Counted from the stretch's first letter, positions 52,824 through 63,745 are shown. The stretch: DNA of 64,000 nucleotides from an uncultured Candidatus Rokubacteria bacterium (GCA_963789955.1 CAWBMV010000036.1:128001-192000); one strand, 5' to 3'. A program made the numbers and translations. The notes: a model not told the origin generated them from the sequence alone.

Positions 52824-53180
52824 ATGGCGCAGTACCGCACGCACCTCGCGCTCGACCGGACGACGCTTGCGTGGATCCGGACCACTCTCACCATGGCGAC
52901 CTTCGGGCTGGGAATGATCGGGTTCTTTCGCTCGCTCCGGCAGACTTCTCCGTCGGACGAGACGATTCGCCTGCACCGGGCGGCGATCCATTTCGGCGAA
53001 GCATTGGTTCTCATCGGACTCGTCGCGCTGCTGGGCATCGCCGTCGCTCATTGGCTCGCGCTGCGCCGGCTCCGGCGTGGGGAGACTCCTCCGCTATCGC
53101 TGTGGCCGCTCAGCATCACCATGGCGGCCTTTCTCGCCGTGCTCGGGCTGGCGATGCTATGGGGAGTCATCGGCCGCTGA
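52824..53180 (+). CDS. DUF202/YidH-family membrane protein (start uncertain)
   Basis: RTHLALDRTTLAWIRT, three hydrophobic segments. Confidence 0.82.
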   Translation: MAQYRTHLALDRTTLAWIRTTLTMATFGLGMIGFFRSLRQTSPSDETIRLHRAAIHFGEALVLIGLVALLGIAVAHWLALRRLRRGETPPLSLWPLSITMAAFLAVLGLAMLWGVIGR

Positions 53181-53198
53181 ACCGGATCCTCGGCGATT

Positions 53199-54806
53199 CT
53201 ATGCGGGCCGCGCCGGCCGCGTGATTCCGAGCTTCTGCATCCGGGAGCGGAGCGTGTTGGGATGGAGGCCGAGCTTCTGGGCGGCGTTGCCCTTCCCGTG
53301 GATCCTCCAGCCACAGGCCTCCACCACGCGCAGGATGTGCGCGCGATCGAGCTCGTCCAGGCGCTCGGAGGGCGACGGCCCGGCCGTACGGCGGCCAGTG
53401 TCACCCAGCGTCTCGTCGAGACGCAACGTGGAGCCGGCCGAAAGGATGAGTGCGCGCTCGATGACGTTCTCGAGCTCCCGGATATTGCCCGGCCACGCGT
53501 AGGCCCTCAACGCGGCCATGGTACGGGCCGGGATCCGCTCGATCTTCCGCCCGAACTGCGCCTGGCGGCGATTGATGCAGGCCCAGACGAGGAGCGGGAT
53601 ATCCTCACGCCGCTCCCGCAGTGGCGGCACCTGAATGGGGAAGACGCTCAGGCGATAGTAGAGATCCTCGCGGAAGCGGCCCTCGGCCATGGCGCGACCG
53701 AGGTCGCGGTTGGTCGCGGCCACGATCCGCGCATTCACCGTCCGGGTGCGGGTGGAGCCGACCCGTTCGAACTGGCCGTCCTGCAGCACCCCGAGAAGCT
53801 TGACCTGGACCTCCGGGGTCAGCTCGCCGATCTCGTCCAGGAACAGCGTGCCCCCATCGGCCAGCTCGAAGCGGCCTGCCTTGGGCCCTGTGGCCCCGGT
53901 GAAGGCGCCCTTCTCATGCCCGAACAGCTCCGTCTCGATCAGGGTCGGCGGCAGCGCCGCGCAGTTCACCTTCACGAAGGGCCCGCTGCGCCGGGCGCTG
54001 TGATCGTGGATGGCGTGGGCCAGGAGCTGCTTGCCGGTCCCCGTCTCCCCCAGGAGCAGCACCGCGCTGGAGGTGGGCGCCACCTGGGACACCTTCGCAA
54101 GCACATCGAGCATGGCCCGGCTCTCGCCGACGATCGCGTCGAAGCCCCGTTCATGGCGAATCTCAGTGCGCAGGTAGACGTTCTCGGCTTCGAGGCGGTC
54201 CTTGAGCGCGCGGATCTCCTCCAGTCGCACCTGGAGCTCTTCGCGCGTCCGCTCCAGCTCTCCAACGGTCTTGTGCAGCTCCGTCTCGACAGCGCTGGCG
54301 GTGGAGGGCGCTGGCCATGACTTGCCCGATCAGCCGCACGCAGTCGACGACCGAGTCCGGCCAATCCCGAGCATCGCGGAACGCGCCGGTCGCGAGCGCG
54401 CAGACCGGTTGCTCGCCGATTGTGATCGGGACGGTCAGATTCGACAGGAGGCCGATGCGGCGACAGTATTCCCTTTCCCGCGCCGCCTCGTCGGGGAGCT
54501 CGTCGGACGAGGTCGATGCGGATGGTCTGCCCACGGACGAGCTGCGCGTGGTACCAGGGTAGGGCCGCCTGTGGAACTTGCGTGAACAGCTCAACGCCGG
54601 GACGCGCCCATGAGGCGAGGGAAGTGAGCGTCTTCCCGTCGGGGGAGAACTCGAAGAGCGTGCTGCGATCGGTACCGAGGAGCTCGACCAGGAGGTGAAG
54701 TCCGCGCTCGATCTCGTCGCCGATCCTTTCTATCGGAAGGCCGGTGAAGCGAGTAGAGAGGTCGACTAGGAGCGCCTCGACCCTGCTGAGCTCGGCGGCA
54801 GTTCAT
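53199..54806 (-). CDS. Sigma-54-dependent Fis-family activator with N-terminal GAF domain (FhlA/NifA-like), frameshifted in the 5' third
   Basis: [39 protein letters not shown]-terminal HTH; GAF-like segments in shifted frames over 54230-54806. Confidence 0.9.
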
Positions 54807-54864
54807 GACCGTGGATAGTCTAGCGCATATTCGGAATCACGAAATGACGAGATTTCGGAAGACG

Positions 54865-54994
54865 TCACGACATGTCGTGAGCTTCAGCGGTCCATGGATC
54901 CGTGATCGCCAGGCCCCGGCCCCCTAACAGGCGGCCACGATAGCCAGAACTCCTCTGATCCGGCCCGCGAAGTTGCCGCGGCACTCATCTTGCC
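54865..54994 (+). promoter_or_regulatory. Palindromic upstream site plus sigma-54 promoter, copy 2
   Basis: Perfect palindrome TCACGACATGTCGTGA at 54865-54880; CGGCACTCATCTTGCC with GG at 54980 and GC at 54992. Confidence 0.78.
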
Positions 54995-55065
54995 AGTCTG
55001 TGGTGCGTGACGTACACGATCAGGATCATCGAAGGCTCGCCCCCGGCCCGACGGGATCGACGCCG

Positions 55066-55386
55066 GTGACCTTTCGTATCACGATCGACCAGGAATCGGG
55101 GATCCAGATCGTGCGCCTCGCGGGCTGGCTGGAGAGCGCGGACGTCGCCGAGCTCGAGCGAGTCGTGGGCGAAACGTCCGGGTCGCTCCGTCTCGATCTC
55201 ACGGAGCTCCGGTCGGCGGATCAGGTCGGGGTGCTGGTTCTCAGAGCGCTCCACGCGAGGGGTGTCTCGTTCGTCGGAGTCTCGCCATTCATCCGCCTGC
55301 TCCTGGGGATCGAGCCCTCCAGGCCGCCGCCGACCGGCGACCCGAAACGGAGTACCGGAAGGGGCAAGCCCAAGGGGTCTAGCTGA
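55066..55386 (+). CDS. Small STAS-like domain protein
   Basis: IVRLAGWL...LDLTELRSADQVGVLVLRAL...SPFIRLLL. Confidence 0.65.
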   Translation: MTFRITIDQESGIQIVRLAGWLESADVAELERVVGETSGSLRLDLTELRSADQVGVLVLRALHARGVSFVGVSPFIRLLLGIEPSRPPPTGDPKRSTGRGKPKGSS

Positions 55387-55511
55387 CGGGCTCTTGCTCG
55401 ACCGGAGGTAACGAGCCGCAACTCACCGACCTGAGGAGGAGAGATGCAATGAGTTACACGCGCAACCCATCGTTGAGGATTGCAGCGACTCACAACTAAA
55501 GGAGATGACAG

Positions 55512-57151
55512 ATGAAGAAGACCACGAGGAGGATAAGTCTCAGCCTGCTCGCGCTATTCGCTGCTGTCGCGATGGTGGCGGCCCCGGCTTACGCCCAGCA
55601 GAAAAAGCCCAACATCCTCGTGATCTGGGGCGACGATATAGGCCACGACAACATCAGCGCCTACAACCGGGGCATGCTGGACTACAACACGCCCAACATC
55701 GACCGCATCGCCACGGGAGGCGCGCTGTTCACCGATCACTACGCGCAGCAGTCCTGTACCGCGGGCCGCGCCTCGTTCGCGCTGGGACAGAACCCGTTTC
55801 GCACCGGACTGCTGACCATCGGCATGCCGGGCTCGCCGCATGGCGTGCGCCCGGAAGATCCCACCATCGCCGAGCTGCTGAAGAACTACGGCTATATCAA
55901 CGGCCCAGTTCGGCAAGAACCATCTGGGCGACTTGAACAAGTACCTGCCCACGGTTCGCGGCTTCGACGAGTTCTACGGCAACCTCTACCACCTGAACGC
56001 CGAGGAGGAGCCGGAGAATCCGGACTATCCGAAGACATTTGACGGCAAGGATTTCAGGGCAACGTTCGGCCCCCGCGGCGTGATGGACTGCGTGGCGACG
56101 AATACGGTCGACAATACCGTAGAGCCTCGCTGGGGCATGGTCGGTAAGCAGAAATGCAAAGACACCGGCCCTCTGACGATCGAACGCATGAAAACCATCG
56201 AGAAGGACATCACCGCCAGGGCCCTCGATTTCATGGATCGTGCGGTCAAAACGAACAAGGACGCAAACGGAGAGAAGCCCTTCTTCATGTGGTTCAACTC
56301 GACCCGCGGCCACGTCTGGGTTCATTTGAGCAAGGAGCAGGACGGCAAGACCGGCAAGGGCATGTTCCCCGATGCCATGGACGAACTGGACTGGGAAACG
56401 GGCCAGCTGCTCGACAAGCTCGATGAGCTGGGCATTGCCGACAACACCATCGTGCTCTGGTCCACCGACAACGGCACGGAAATCATGTCCACCCCGGAAA
56501 TGGGCGGCATGCACGCGTTCCGTGGCGAGAAGGGCCTGACGAGCGAAGGCGGCTTCCGTGTGCCCCAACTCATGCGCTGGCCCGGGCATATCAAGCCGGG
56601 CACCATCGTCAATGACATCACGTCTCACGAGGACTGGATGCCGACCTTGCTGGCTGCAGCCAACGGCGGCAAGGACACCGGCATTCAGGAGGCCTTGAAG
56701 AAGGGCGGCTTCAAGGCCGACGGCAAGACCTTCAAGGCGCATCTGGACGGCTACAACCAGCTGCCGCTGCTGACCGGCGAAGTTCCCAAGGGACAGGGTC
56801 CGCGCCAGGAGATCTTACTACTTCGATGCCGACGGCGATCTGAACGCCGTGCGCTGGGGCAAATGGAAGATCTCCTTTACCGATATGAGTGGAAATCTGA
56901 CCACAGGCTGGAAGAAATCCCCGAGCTGGCCCATCATCACGAACCTTCGGCTCGATCCCTACGAGCGGTTCCAGGACCAGTCCGGAATGTATCTTCACTG
57001 GTTCGGCAAGCGCATGTTCCTGATGGCGCCGGCGCAACAACTGGTGGCAAAAGAGCTGGCCACGCTCAAGGAGTTCCCGCCCGCGCGCGGCTCCAGCCTG
57101 AGCCTCGGCAAGCTCTTCGAGCAGATCCAGTACGCTCATCCGGGCCAGTAG
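55512..57151 (+). CDS. Exported arylsulfatase, frameshifts near 55900 and 56815
   Basis: KPNILVIWGDDIG, QSCTAGRAS, FGKNHLGD, STDNG, GEKG..EGGFRVP, NLRLDPYE. Confidence 0.92.
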
Positions 57152-57248
57152 GTTGCACTGAACTTTTCGGACATTGGATTCAGCGAGGGGCAGCAGCGGC
57201 ATGCGGGATCTTTGACTAGGCGGCTTTGTTGAGCGAGAGGAGGATCCC

Positions 57249-58256
57249 ATGAGACTCGTTTCGTTTTCCCGGTCTGCGCGTGCGCTGATTCTCGCCGCTT
57301 CGCTGGCCTCTGGCGTGCCGGCGCTCGCGCAGACCGATCCGCTGCCCTCGTGGAACGACGGCCGCGACAAGCAAGCGATCGTCGCCTTCGTCGCGAAGGT
57401 CACGAAGCAAGGCTCGCCGGACTTTGTGCCGCTCGCCGAGCGCATCGCCACGTTCGACAACGACGGCACGCTCTACGCCGAGCAGCCGATGTATTTCCAA
57501 CTGATCTTCGCGCTCGACCGGGTGAAGGCGCTCGCGCCGCAGCATCCGGAGTGGAAGGACAAGGAGCCGTTCGCCTCGCTGCTCAAGGGCGACGTGAAAG
57601 GCGCACTCGCCGGCGGGGAGAAGGCGATGGTCGAAATCGTCATGGCCACGCACGCGGGCATGACCACCGAGGAGTTCGAGCAGATCGTGAAGGACTGGCT
57701 CGCGACGGCGAGGCATCCCAAGTTCAAGCGGCCCTACACCGATCTGGTTTATCAGCCCATGGTCGAGCTGCTCGCCTACCTGCGCGCAAACGGATTCAAG
57801 ACCATCATCGTCTCCGCCGGCGGCACCGAGTTCATGCGCCCGTGGACAGAAAAGGCCTACGGCATCCCGCCCGAACAGGTCTTCGGCAGCACCATCAAGA
57901 CGAAGTACGAAATGCGCGACGGCAAGCCGGTGCTCATGCGCCTGCCGGAGATCGACTTCATCGACGACAAGGCCGGCAAGCCGGTTGGCATCAACAAGTA
58001 CATCGGCCGCCGGCCCATCGCCGCCTTCGGCAATTCCGACGGCGACCAGCAGATGCTGGAGTGGACGCAAGGCGGCAGCGGCGCGCGGTTGATGATGCTC
58101 GTGCATCACGACGACGCGGTGCGCGAGTGGGCCTATGGCGCGGAATCGAAGATCGGCACCTTCAGCGACGCGCTGATGGCCGAGGCGAAGGAGAAGAAGT
58201 GGACGGTCATCAGCATGAAGAACGACTGGAAGAAGATCTTCGCGTTCGACCAGTAA
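57249..58256 (+). CDS. Exported HAD-family hydrolase/phosphatase
   Basis: DPLPSWNDG, FDNDGTL, FGNSDGD, VHHDDAVREWAY. Confidence 0.92.
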   Translation: MRLVSFSRSARALILAASLASGVPALAQTDPLPSWNDGRDKQAIVAFVAKVTKQGSPDFVPLAERIATFDNDGTLYAEQPMYFQLIFALDRVKALAPQHPEWKDKEPFASLLKGDVKGALAGGEKAMVEIVMATHAGMTTEEFEQIVKDWLATARHPKFKRPYTDLVYQPMVELLAYLRANGFKTIIVSAGGTEFMRPWTEKAYGIPPEQVFGSTIKTKYEMRDGKPVLMRLPEIDFIDDKAGKPVGINKYIGRRPIAAFGNSDGDQQMLEWTQGGSGARLMMLVHHDDAVREWAYGAESKIGTFSDALMAEAKEKKWTVISMKNDWKKIFAFDQ

Positions 58257-58313
58257 CGTGCGCGGATGAGGCAGCACCATGAAGTGTGCGAGCAGATGAA
58301 GGAGGAACTCATC

Positions 58314-59333
58314 ATGATCTGTACGCACTTCCAGAGACCCACTAGCCAAACCGTGCCCGCCCTGGTTCTCTGGGCCCTCGTGGTCTTTTTTGCCGGCCCC
58401 GCCGCGGCGGCGGACGAAAGCGCGACGGAGCCGGCGAAGCAGTCGCAGACCCCCATCGGCACCTTCCACCTGATCGACCCGCACCTCGACTATCCCGCCG
58501 CGTGGCGAGTCGCGCAGGCCGCCGGAGCGCCCAGCACGACGGCGGCGGCTCCTGCGGCGCAATCGGAGGGCGGAGGTGCCTCGGCGAGCGAGTTGAACAA
58601 GCAGCTCAGCAACCCCGTGACCAGTCTCTGGTCGCTGACCTTCCAGTTCAACAACTACCGCCTGGCGAATGACCAGTGGAACAACAACCTGCAGTTCCAG
58701 CCGGTGCTCCCCGTTGGCCTCACGAAGGACGTGAACCTCATCACGCGGCCGGTGATTCCCCTCTATGACATCGTCCCGCACGAGACGGCCCCCGGCCAGT
58801 TCGAGACGACCGCCGGGCTGGGCGACATGATCCTGCTGGAGATGCTCTCGCCCGCGGAATCCGGGAAGTGGATTCTCGGCGCGGGCCCGAGCTTCATCTT
58901 CCCGACGGCGACCTCGAAGTTCACGGGGCAGGGCAAGTGGCAGGCCGGACCGGGTGTCGTGGTGGGTTATCTCACGGACAAGTACATCATCGGCGCGTTT
59001 CCCCAGCAGTGGTGGTCGTTCGCGGGCAGCTCCGATCGGCCGGACACGAGCCAGATGAACCTTCAGCCCATTGCCGCGCTGTTTTTCGGCGAGGGGTGGA
59101 GCGTCGGCTATTCCGGCAACATCCTGGCCAACTGGAAGGCATCCTCTTCGGAGCGATGGACCGTGCCCATCGGCGTGGCGGTGGGCAAGGTGGTGAAGCT
59201 GGGGCCGCTTCCGGTTAAGATCCAGCTCGGGGGGCAGTACATGCCGATCCACCCTCGGGATGGCCAGGAGTGGAACATCCAGCTCCAGCTGACCCCCGTC
59301 CTGCCGAAGCTCATCAAGGAGCCTCTTTTCTAG
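58314..59333 (+). CDS. Exported hypothetical protein, putative outer-membrane channel
   Basis: Signal peptide; LNKQLSNPV, LQFQPVLP, GLGD, FPTAT..GQGKW.AGP; alternating beta-strand pattern. Confidence 0.75.
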   Translation: MICTHFQRPTSQTVPALVLWALVVFFAGPAAAADESATEPAKQSQTPIGTFHLIDPHLDYPAAWRVAQAAGAPSTTAAAPAAQSEGGGASASELNKQLSNPVTSLWSLTFQFNNYRLANDQWNNNLQFQPVLPVGLTKDVNLITRPVIPLYDIVPHETAPGQFETTAGLGDMILLEMLSPAESGKWILGAGPSFIFPTATSKFTGQGKWQAGPGVVVGYLTDKYIIGAFPQQWWSFAGSSDRPDTSQMNLQPIAALFFGEGWSVGYSGNILANWKASSSERWTVPIGVAVGKVVKLGPLPVKIQLGGQYMPIHPRDGQEWNIQLQLTPVLPKLIKEPLF

Positions 59334-59562
59334 AGACCGCGCGAGTTGAGCCCAGAAGCCCCGTGACAGCGGGTGAGCCCACCTCACGCCTGTCGTCGCG
59401 GCGCTCGGCGCGTTCGCGGCCGGCATGGTCGTGGGGCAGGCCATTCGCGGCGATGAAGGTGAAGGGTTGCGCGAGAAGCGCGCGCGAAAACCGGCATCGC
59501 CCGCATGAATCTGACTCGCGGAGTGACTTGTGCGCCGGGTGCGAGCGGCGGTACAAGGAGCC

Positions 59563-60090
59563 ATGACGACCATGACGGACGAGCAGAAGCGGATCCGCGG
59601 ATACCTGGAAGCGCAGGGCGCCAAGCTGGCGCCGCCGGCGATCGTCGACAAGGTGCGCGAGGCGATGGGCCGGCTGCGCGCGGCCGCGGTGGCCGTACCG
59701 GCCGCGCGGTTCGCGCAGGCGCCGGCGCCCGGCGAGTGGAGCGCCAACGAGGTGATGGCCCACGTGGTGGACGCCGGGCGCCACTTCGGCGATGGGATCA
59801 TGCGCGCGCTCGACGGTCTGCCGCCGGGCGAGCGGCGCCACGCCGAGGAGCGGCCGACGGCGCCGAGCCACACCGCCGCCGAGTGGCTCGCTATCCTCGA
59901 CCGGGACCGCGAGCCGCTGTTCGATCGCGCGCTGCGCGCGAACCCGACGGGACGGCTCGAGCAGTCGATCTCGCACGGCTTCTTCGGCTTGCTCAACTGG
60001 CGCGAGACACTCCTGTTCATTCGCGTCCACGACCTCGATCACGCGGGCCAGCTCGAGAAGATCGCGGCGGCGCTGGGCTCCGGCACCTGA
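59563..60090 (+). CDS. DinB-family protein
   Basis: WSANEVMAHV, HGFFG, HDLDHAGQL. Confidence 0.85.
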   Translation: MTTMTDEQKRIRGYLEAQGAKLAPPAIVDKVREAMGRLRAAAVAVPAARFAQAPAPGEWSANEVMAHVVDAGRHFGDGIMRALDGLPPGERRHAEERPTAPSHTAAEWLAILDRDREPLFDRALRANPTGRLEQSISHGFFGLLNWRETLLFIRVHDLDHAGQLEKIAAALGSGT

Positions 60091-61122
60091 TGAAGGTCGC
60101 CATCTCGCTGCGCCTTGCCAACGACGACTGGGCGAAGGCGAGCGCCTGGGTGAGCGAGGCCGAGCGGCTCGGCGTCGACTGCGTGTGGTCGGCCGAGGCG
60201 TGGGGCCACGACGCGGTGACGCCGCTGGCGTTCCTCGCCGCGCGAACGAGCACGATCAAGCTCGGCTCGGGGATCATCCAGGCCGGCACCCGCACGCCGG
60301 CGCTGATCGCGATGACGGCGATGAGCCTCGCGTCGATGTCCGGCGGGCGATTTCGCCTGGGGCTCGGGGTGAGCGGTCCGCAGGTGATCGAAGGCTGGCA
60401 CGGTATCCGGTTCGATCGTCCGGTCCAGCGCATGCGCGAGACGGTCGAGATCGTCCGCCGCGCGGTCCGAGGCGAGCGCCTGGAGTACGCGGGATCGGTC
60501 TACACCTTGCCGCTGCCGGGCGGCGAGGGCAAGGCGCTCCGGTCCGCCGCGAAGCCTCAGCCGGTGATTCCGATTTACCTGGCGACCCTGTCGCCGAAGA
60601 GCCTGGCGATGACGGGCGAGATCGCCGACGGCTGGCTCGGCACGTCGTTCATGCCCGACCACGCGCGCATCTTCTTCGACCACATCGCCGCGGGTGCCGC
60701 GCGCGCCGGGCGGACCCTGACGGCGCTCGACCTGCAGGCCGGCGGCGTGGTGGCGTTCGGGGACGACCTCGATCCCTTGATCGCGCCGCGCAAGCCCGGG
60801 CTCGCGTTCTCGCTGGGCGCGATGGGCTCGCGGCAGCACAACTTCTACAACGACGCCTACAAGCGCGCCGGCTACGTCGACGCGGCGACCGAGGTGCAGC
60901 GGCTGTGGCTCGACGGCAAGCGCGAGGAGGCGGCGGCGCGCGTGCCCGACGAGCTCGTGCTGAAGACGAATCTCCTCGGCACCGAGAAGATGGTCCGCGA
61001 GCGGCTCGCGACCTACCGCGCCGCCGGCATCACGACGTTGAGGGTCGAGCCGGCCGCCGACGATCATCGACACGCGCGTGTCGACGCTCGGCCGGCTGAT
61101 GGACCTCGTCCGCGAGCTCTGA
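60090..61122 (+). CDS. LLM-class (F420-dependent-like) oxidoreductase, frameshift near 61060
   Basis: WSAEAWGHDA, RTPALIAMTA, LGLGVSGPQVIEGWHG, GEIADGW. Confidence 0.88.
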
Positions 61123-61153
61123 GCGGCGTTAGCTCCTCGACTCGTACCGAGCG

Positions 61154-62644
61154 CTACCTGACCGCGGCCGGTGCCGCGCTGGCCCACGCTCTCGGCTGAG
61201 CCAGCACCTCGGCGGCCTGCTTCTCGACCACCGTGCCCTTGAAGAAGTCCGGGTTCACCTCGCCCCAGAACCGCACCGCGTTCGCGAACATGAAGTCGCG
61301 GAAGTCGTCCTCGGTGATCAGCTCGTGCTCGACCAGCTCGTAGGCCTCGGGCACGACCTCGGTCATGTCGGGCACGTCGAAGTGGCCGATGTCCGAGCTG
61401 AAGATCGCGTTGAGGCGAGCGCCCATCGGGTTGGCCTTCTTGTTGAAGGCCCAGGCGTTGGTCGGATCGTCGGCCTCGCAGCCGAAGTAGAAGCGCGGCA
61501 CGAACAGATCGCGGATGTCGCTCTTCGCGCCGATCTTGCAGCGGAAGTAGTCGTCGAGGTCCTCGATGCCGCCGGTCAGGGTCGAGTTGGAGTCGCCCTC
61601 GAGCCCCTCGCGCCGCCGTACCGCTTCCACCAGCGCCTCGCGCCCGTACTTCTGCGCGTAGCCGAGCAGCGCGAGGGCATCGAGGTTGCTCGGATTCGTC
61701 GACTCGATCGCCTTCCGGTTGCGCTTCTCCCAGTGGCCGATCAGGTCGGCGTAGAGCATGCACGCCCAGCCCACGCCGCCCTCGAGGAAGGCGAAGTTCA
61801 TGTCCGGGAACCGGCGCGTCACGCCGCCGAAGAAGATCGCCTTCGCCACCGCGTGGCCGGCGGACGCGAAGTGGCCGATGTGGTTGTAGCAGAAGTTCGA
61901 CGGCGAATTGCGCAGGAGGATCGAGCGCGCGCCGTTGTGGAAGCTCGGCGCGATCTTGAGCTCGCGGCACTTGGCCCACACCGGATCGTAGTCGTAGTCG
62001 CTGTCGATTCCGATCACGTCGTACCAGTCGACGACCCTCGACGCGTCCGGGTTCTCCTCGGCCAGCGCCGTCACCTTGCGCCGCATGAGCCCGCCGACCA
62101 TCATCACCTTGTAGCCGAGCTGCTTCGAGGCGAACTCGAGCTCCTCGATCGCTTCCTCGGGCGTGTACATCGGGATGATCGCGGCGGGGATGACACGATC
62201 CTCGAGCCCGCGGAACTGATCGGCGGTGAACACGTTGTAGGCGCGGCAGATCGCCCGGCGCAGCCGGGTGTCCTGCATGCGGTGGAAGCCGAGCCCGGTC
62301 GTCGGATAGACGACGCAGAAGTCGAGGCCGAGATCGTCGAGCCGCTCGTACATCAGGCGCGGCAGCATCGCGGTGGCGCGGTCGAGCACGTTCTCGGACG
62401 GCGAGCCCCAGAACGCCTCCATGCCGACGCGCCGGCGGCGGCGCTCGGGCAGGGACATCCGGAGCGCGCTCGGCACCCGATCGGTGGCGGCGGCGAGCGC
62501 CTCGACGGCGGCGTCTCCGCCGATGCGCCGGAACTCGTCGCGCATGACCGGCCCGTATTCGAGCCAGTGACCGTCCGCATCGACGACCGGGTGATTCAGG
62601 CGAGAGCGGAGTTTCCGGGCCTCGGTCGATCCGTTGGTTCCCAT
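61154..62644 (-). CDS. Amidohydrolase family protein
   Basis: VDADGH, FAFLEGGVGW, FGCEADD, FSSDIGHFD. Confidence 0.92.
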   Translation of the reverse strand: MGTNGSTEARKLRSRLNHPVVDADGHWLEYGPVMRDEFRRIGGDAAVEALAAATDRVPSALRMSLPERRRRRVGMEAFWGSPSENVLDRATAMLPRLMYERLDDLGLDFCVVYPTTGLGFHRMQDTRLRRAICRAYNVFTADQFRGLEDRVIPAAIIPMYTPEEAIEELEFASKQLGYKVMMVGGLMRRKVTALAEENPDASRVVDWYDVIGIDSDYDYDPVWAKCRELKIAPSFHNGARSILLRNSPSNFCYNHIGHFASAGHAVAKAIFFGGVTRRFPDMNFAFLEGGVGWACMLYADLIGHWEKRNRKAIESTNPSNLDALALLGYAQKYGREALVEAVRRREGLEGDSNSTLTGGIEDLDDYFRCKIGAKSDIRDLFVPRFYFGCEADDPTNAWAFNKKANPMGARLNAIFSSDIGHFDVPDMTEVVPEAYELVEHELITEDDFRDFMFANAVRFWGEVNPDFFKGTVVEKQAAEVLAQPRAWASAAPAAVR

Positions 62645-62710
62645 CGTCGCACCCCGCGGGAGCTTGATTTGGGGGAATCATACACAAGAGCCCGGCGCCG
62701 CGTCATCCGC

Positions 62711-62727
62711 ATTACCCGGCAGGTAAT
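62711..62727. promoter_or_regulatory. Palindromic operator ATTACC-CGGCA-GGTAAT
   Basis: Lies between divergent genes; same arms and spacing as 51837-51853. Confidence 0.55.
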
Positions 62728-62773
62728 TGATCTTCCGCGCGGTCCGATGGAGGATGCGGCGGGAGGACGAGAG

Positions 62774-63745
62774 ATGCTGCAGGTGGCTTTCGCCGGAACG
62801 TTCTCGGCCACGCTCGAGCCCTCGGTGCGCGCGCGCCTGCACACACCCTGCGACGTGATCGTCGGCGACGAGGTCGGGATCGTCCCGCGGCTGTCCGAGG
62901 TCGACGTGCTGGTCACGCTCGCGTTCAATCGCGAGATGGCCGCGGCCGCGAAGAGGCTCAAGCTGGTTCAGGTGCCCGGCGCCGGGCTCGATCGGATCGA
63001 CCGCGCGGCGGTGCCCGCGACGGCGGCGCTCGCCAACGCCTACGGCCATGAAGTCGGCATCGCCGAGTACGTGATCGGCGCGATGCTCGCGGCGACGCGC
63101 GGCTTCTGGCGGATCGACGCGTCGCTCCGGCGCGGAGCCTGGGAGAGCCAGTGGGGCGTGGGCACCGTAGCGCCGCCGCCGTGGCCGGAGCTGGCAGGAA
63201 AGACGCTCGGCATTCTCGGCTACGGCCGGATCGGGCAAGCTCTGGCTCGGCGTGCGCGAGCGTTCGACATGGAGGTCTGCGCGATCCGGCGCGACGTGAC
63301 GAGCTCCCACGGCGACGGGCTCACGTTCCTCGGAGGGCCGGAGGCCCTCGACGACGTGCTGCGCCGGGCGGATTATCTGGCGGTGACCCTCTCGCTCAAC
63401 GATCAGACGCGCGGCCTGCTCGGCGAGCGCGAGCTCGCGCTCCTGAAGCCGAACGCCGTGCTCGTCAACGTCGCCCGCGCCGAGATCGTCGACGAAGACG
63501 CGCTCTATCGTGCCCTGCTGGAGCGGCGCATCGCGGGCGCGGCCCTCGACGTGTGGTATCGATATCCGAAGGAGCCGGGACCGACCTTCCCGTCGCGGCG
63601 ACCGTTCCACGAGCTTTCGAACGTGCTGATGACACCTCACGTCTCCGGCTGGACCGAGGGCATGCTGGAGGCACGCGCGAAGCTCATCGCCGAGAACATC
63701 GAGCGAACCGCACGCGGGGAGCCGCCGCTGAACCTGATTCGTTGA
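62774..63745 (+). CDS. D-isomer-specific 2-hydroxyacid dehydrogenase
   Basis: GILGYGRIG, LVNVARA, AALDVW, MTPHVSG. Confidence 0.93.
   Translation: MLQVAFAGTFSATLEPSVRARLHTPCDVIVGDEVGIVPRLSEVDVLVTLAFNREMAAAAKRLKLVQVPGAGLDRIDRAAVPATAALANAYGHEVGIAEYVIGAMLAATRGFWRIDASLRRGAWESQWGVGTVAPPPWPELAGKTLGILGYGRIGQALARRARAFDMEVCAIRRDVTSSHGDGLTFLGGPEALDDVLRRADYLAVTLSLNDQTRGLLGERELALLKPNAVLVNVARAEIVDEDALYRALLERRIAGAALDVWYRYPKEPGPTFPSRRPFHELSNVLMTPHVSGWTEGMLEARAKLIAENIERTARGEPPLNLIR

Noticed and set aside
2169..61122. Frameshifts in about a dozen genes as mass pseudogenisation or programmed frameshifting
   Set aside because: They are scattered small indels in unrelated genes whose motifs are otherwise intact, and no slippery sites were evident. 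Uncorrected long-read error is the simplest explanation; read polishing would settle it.
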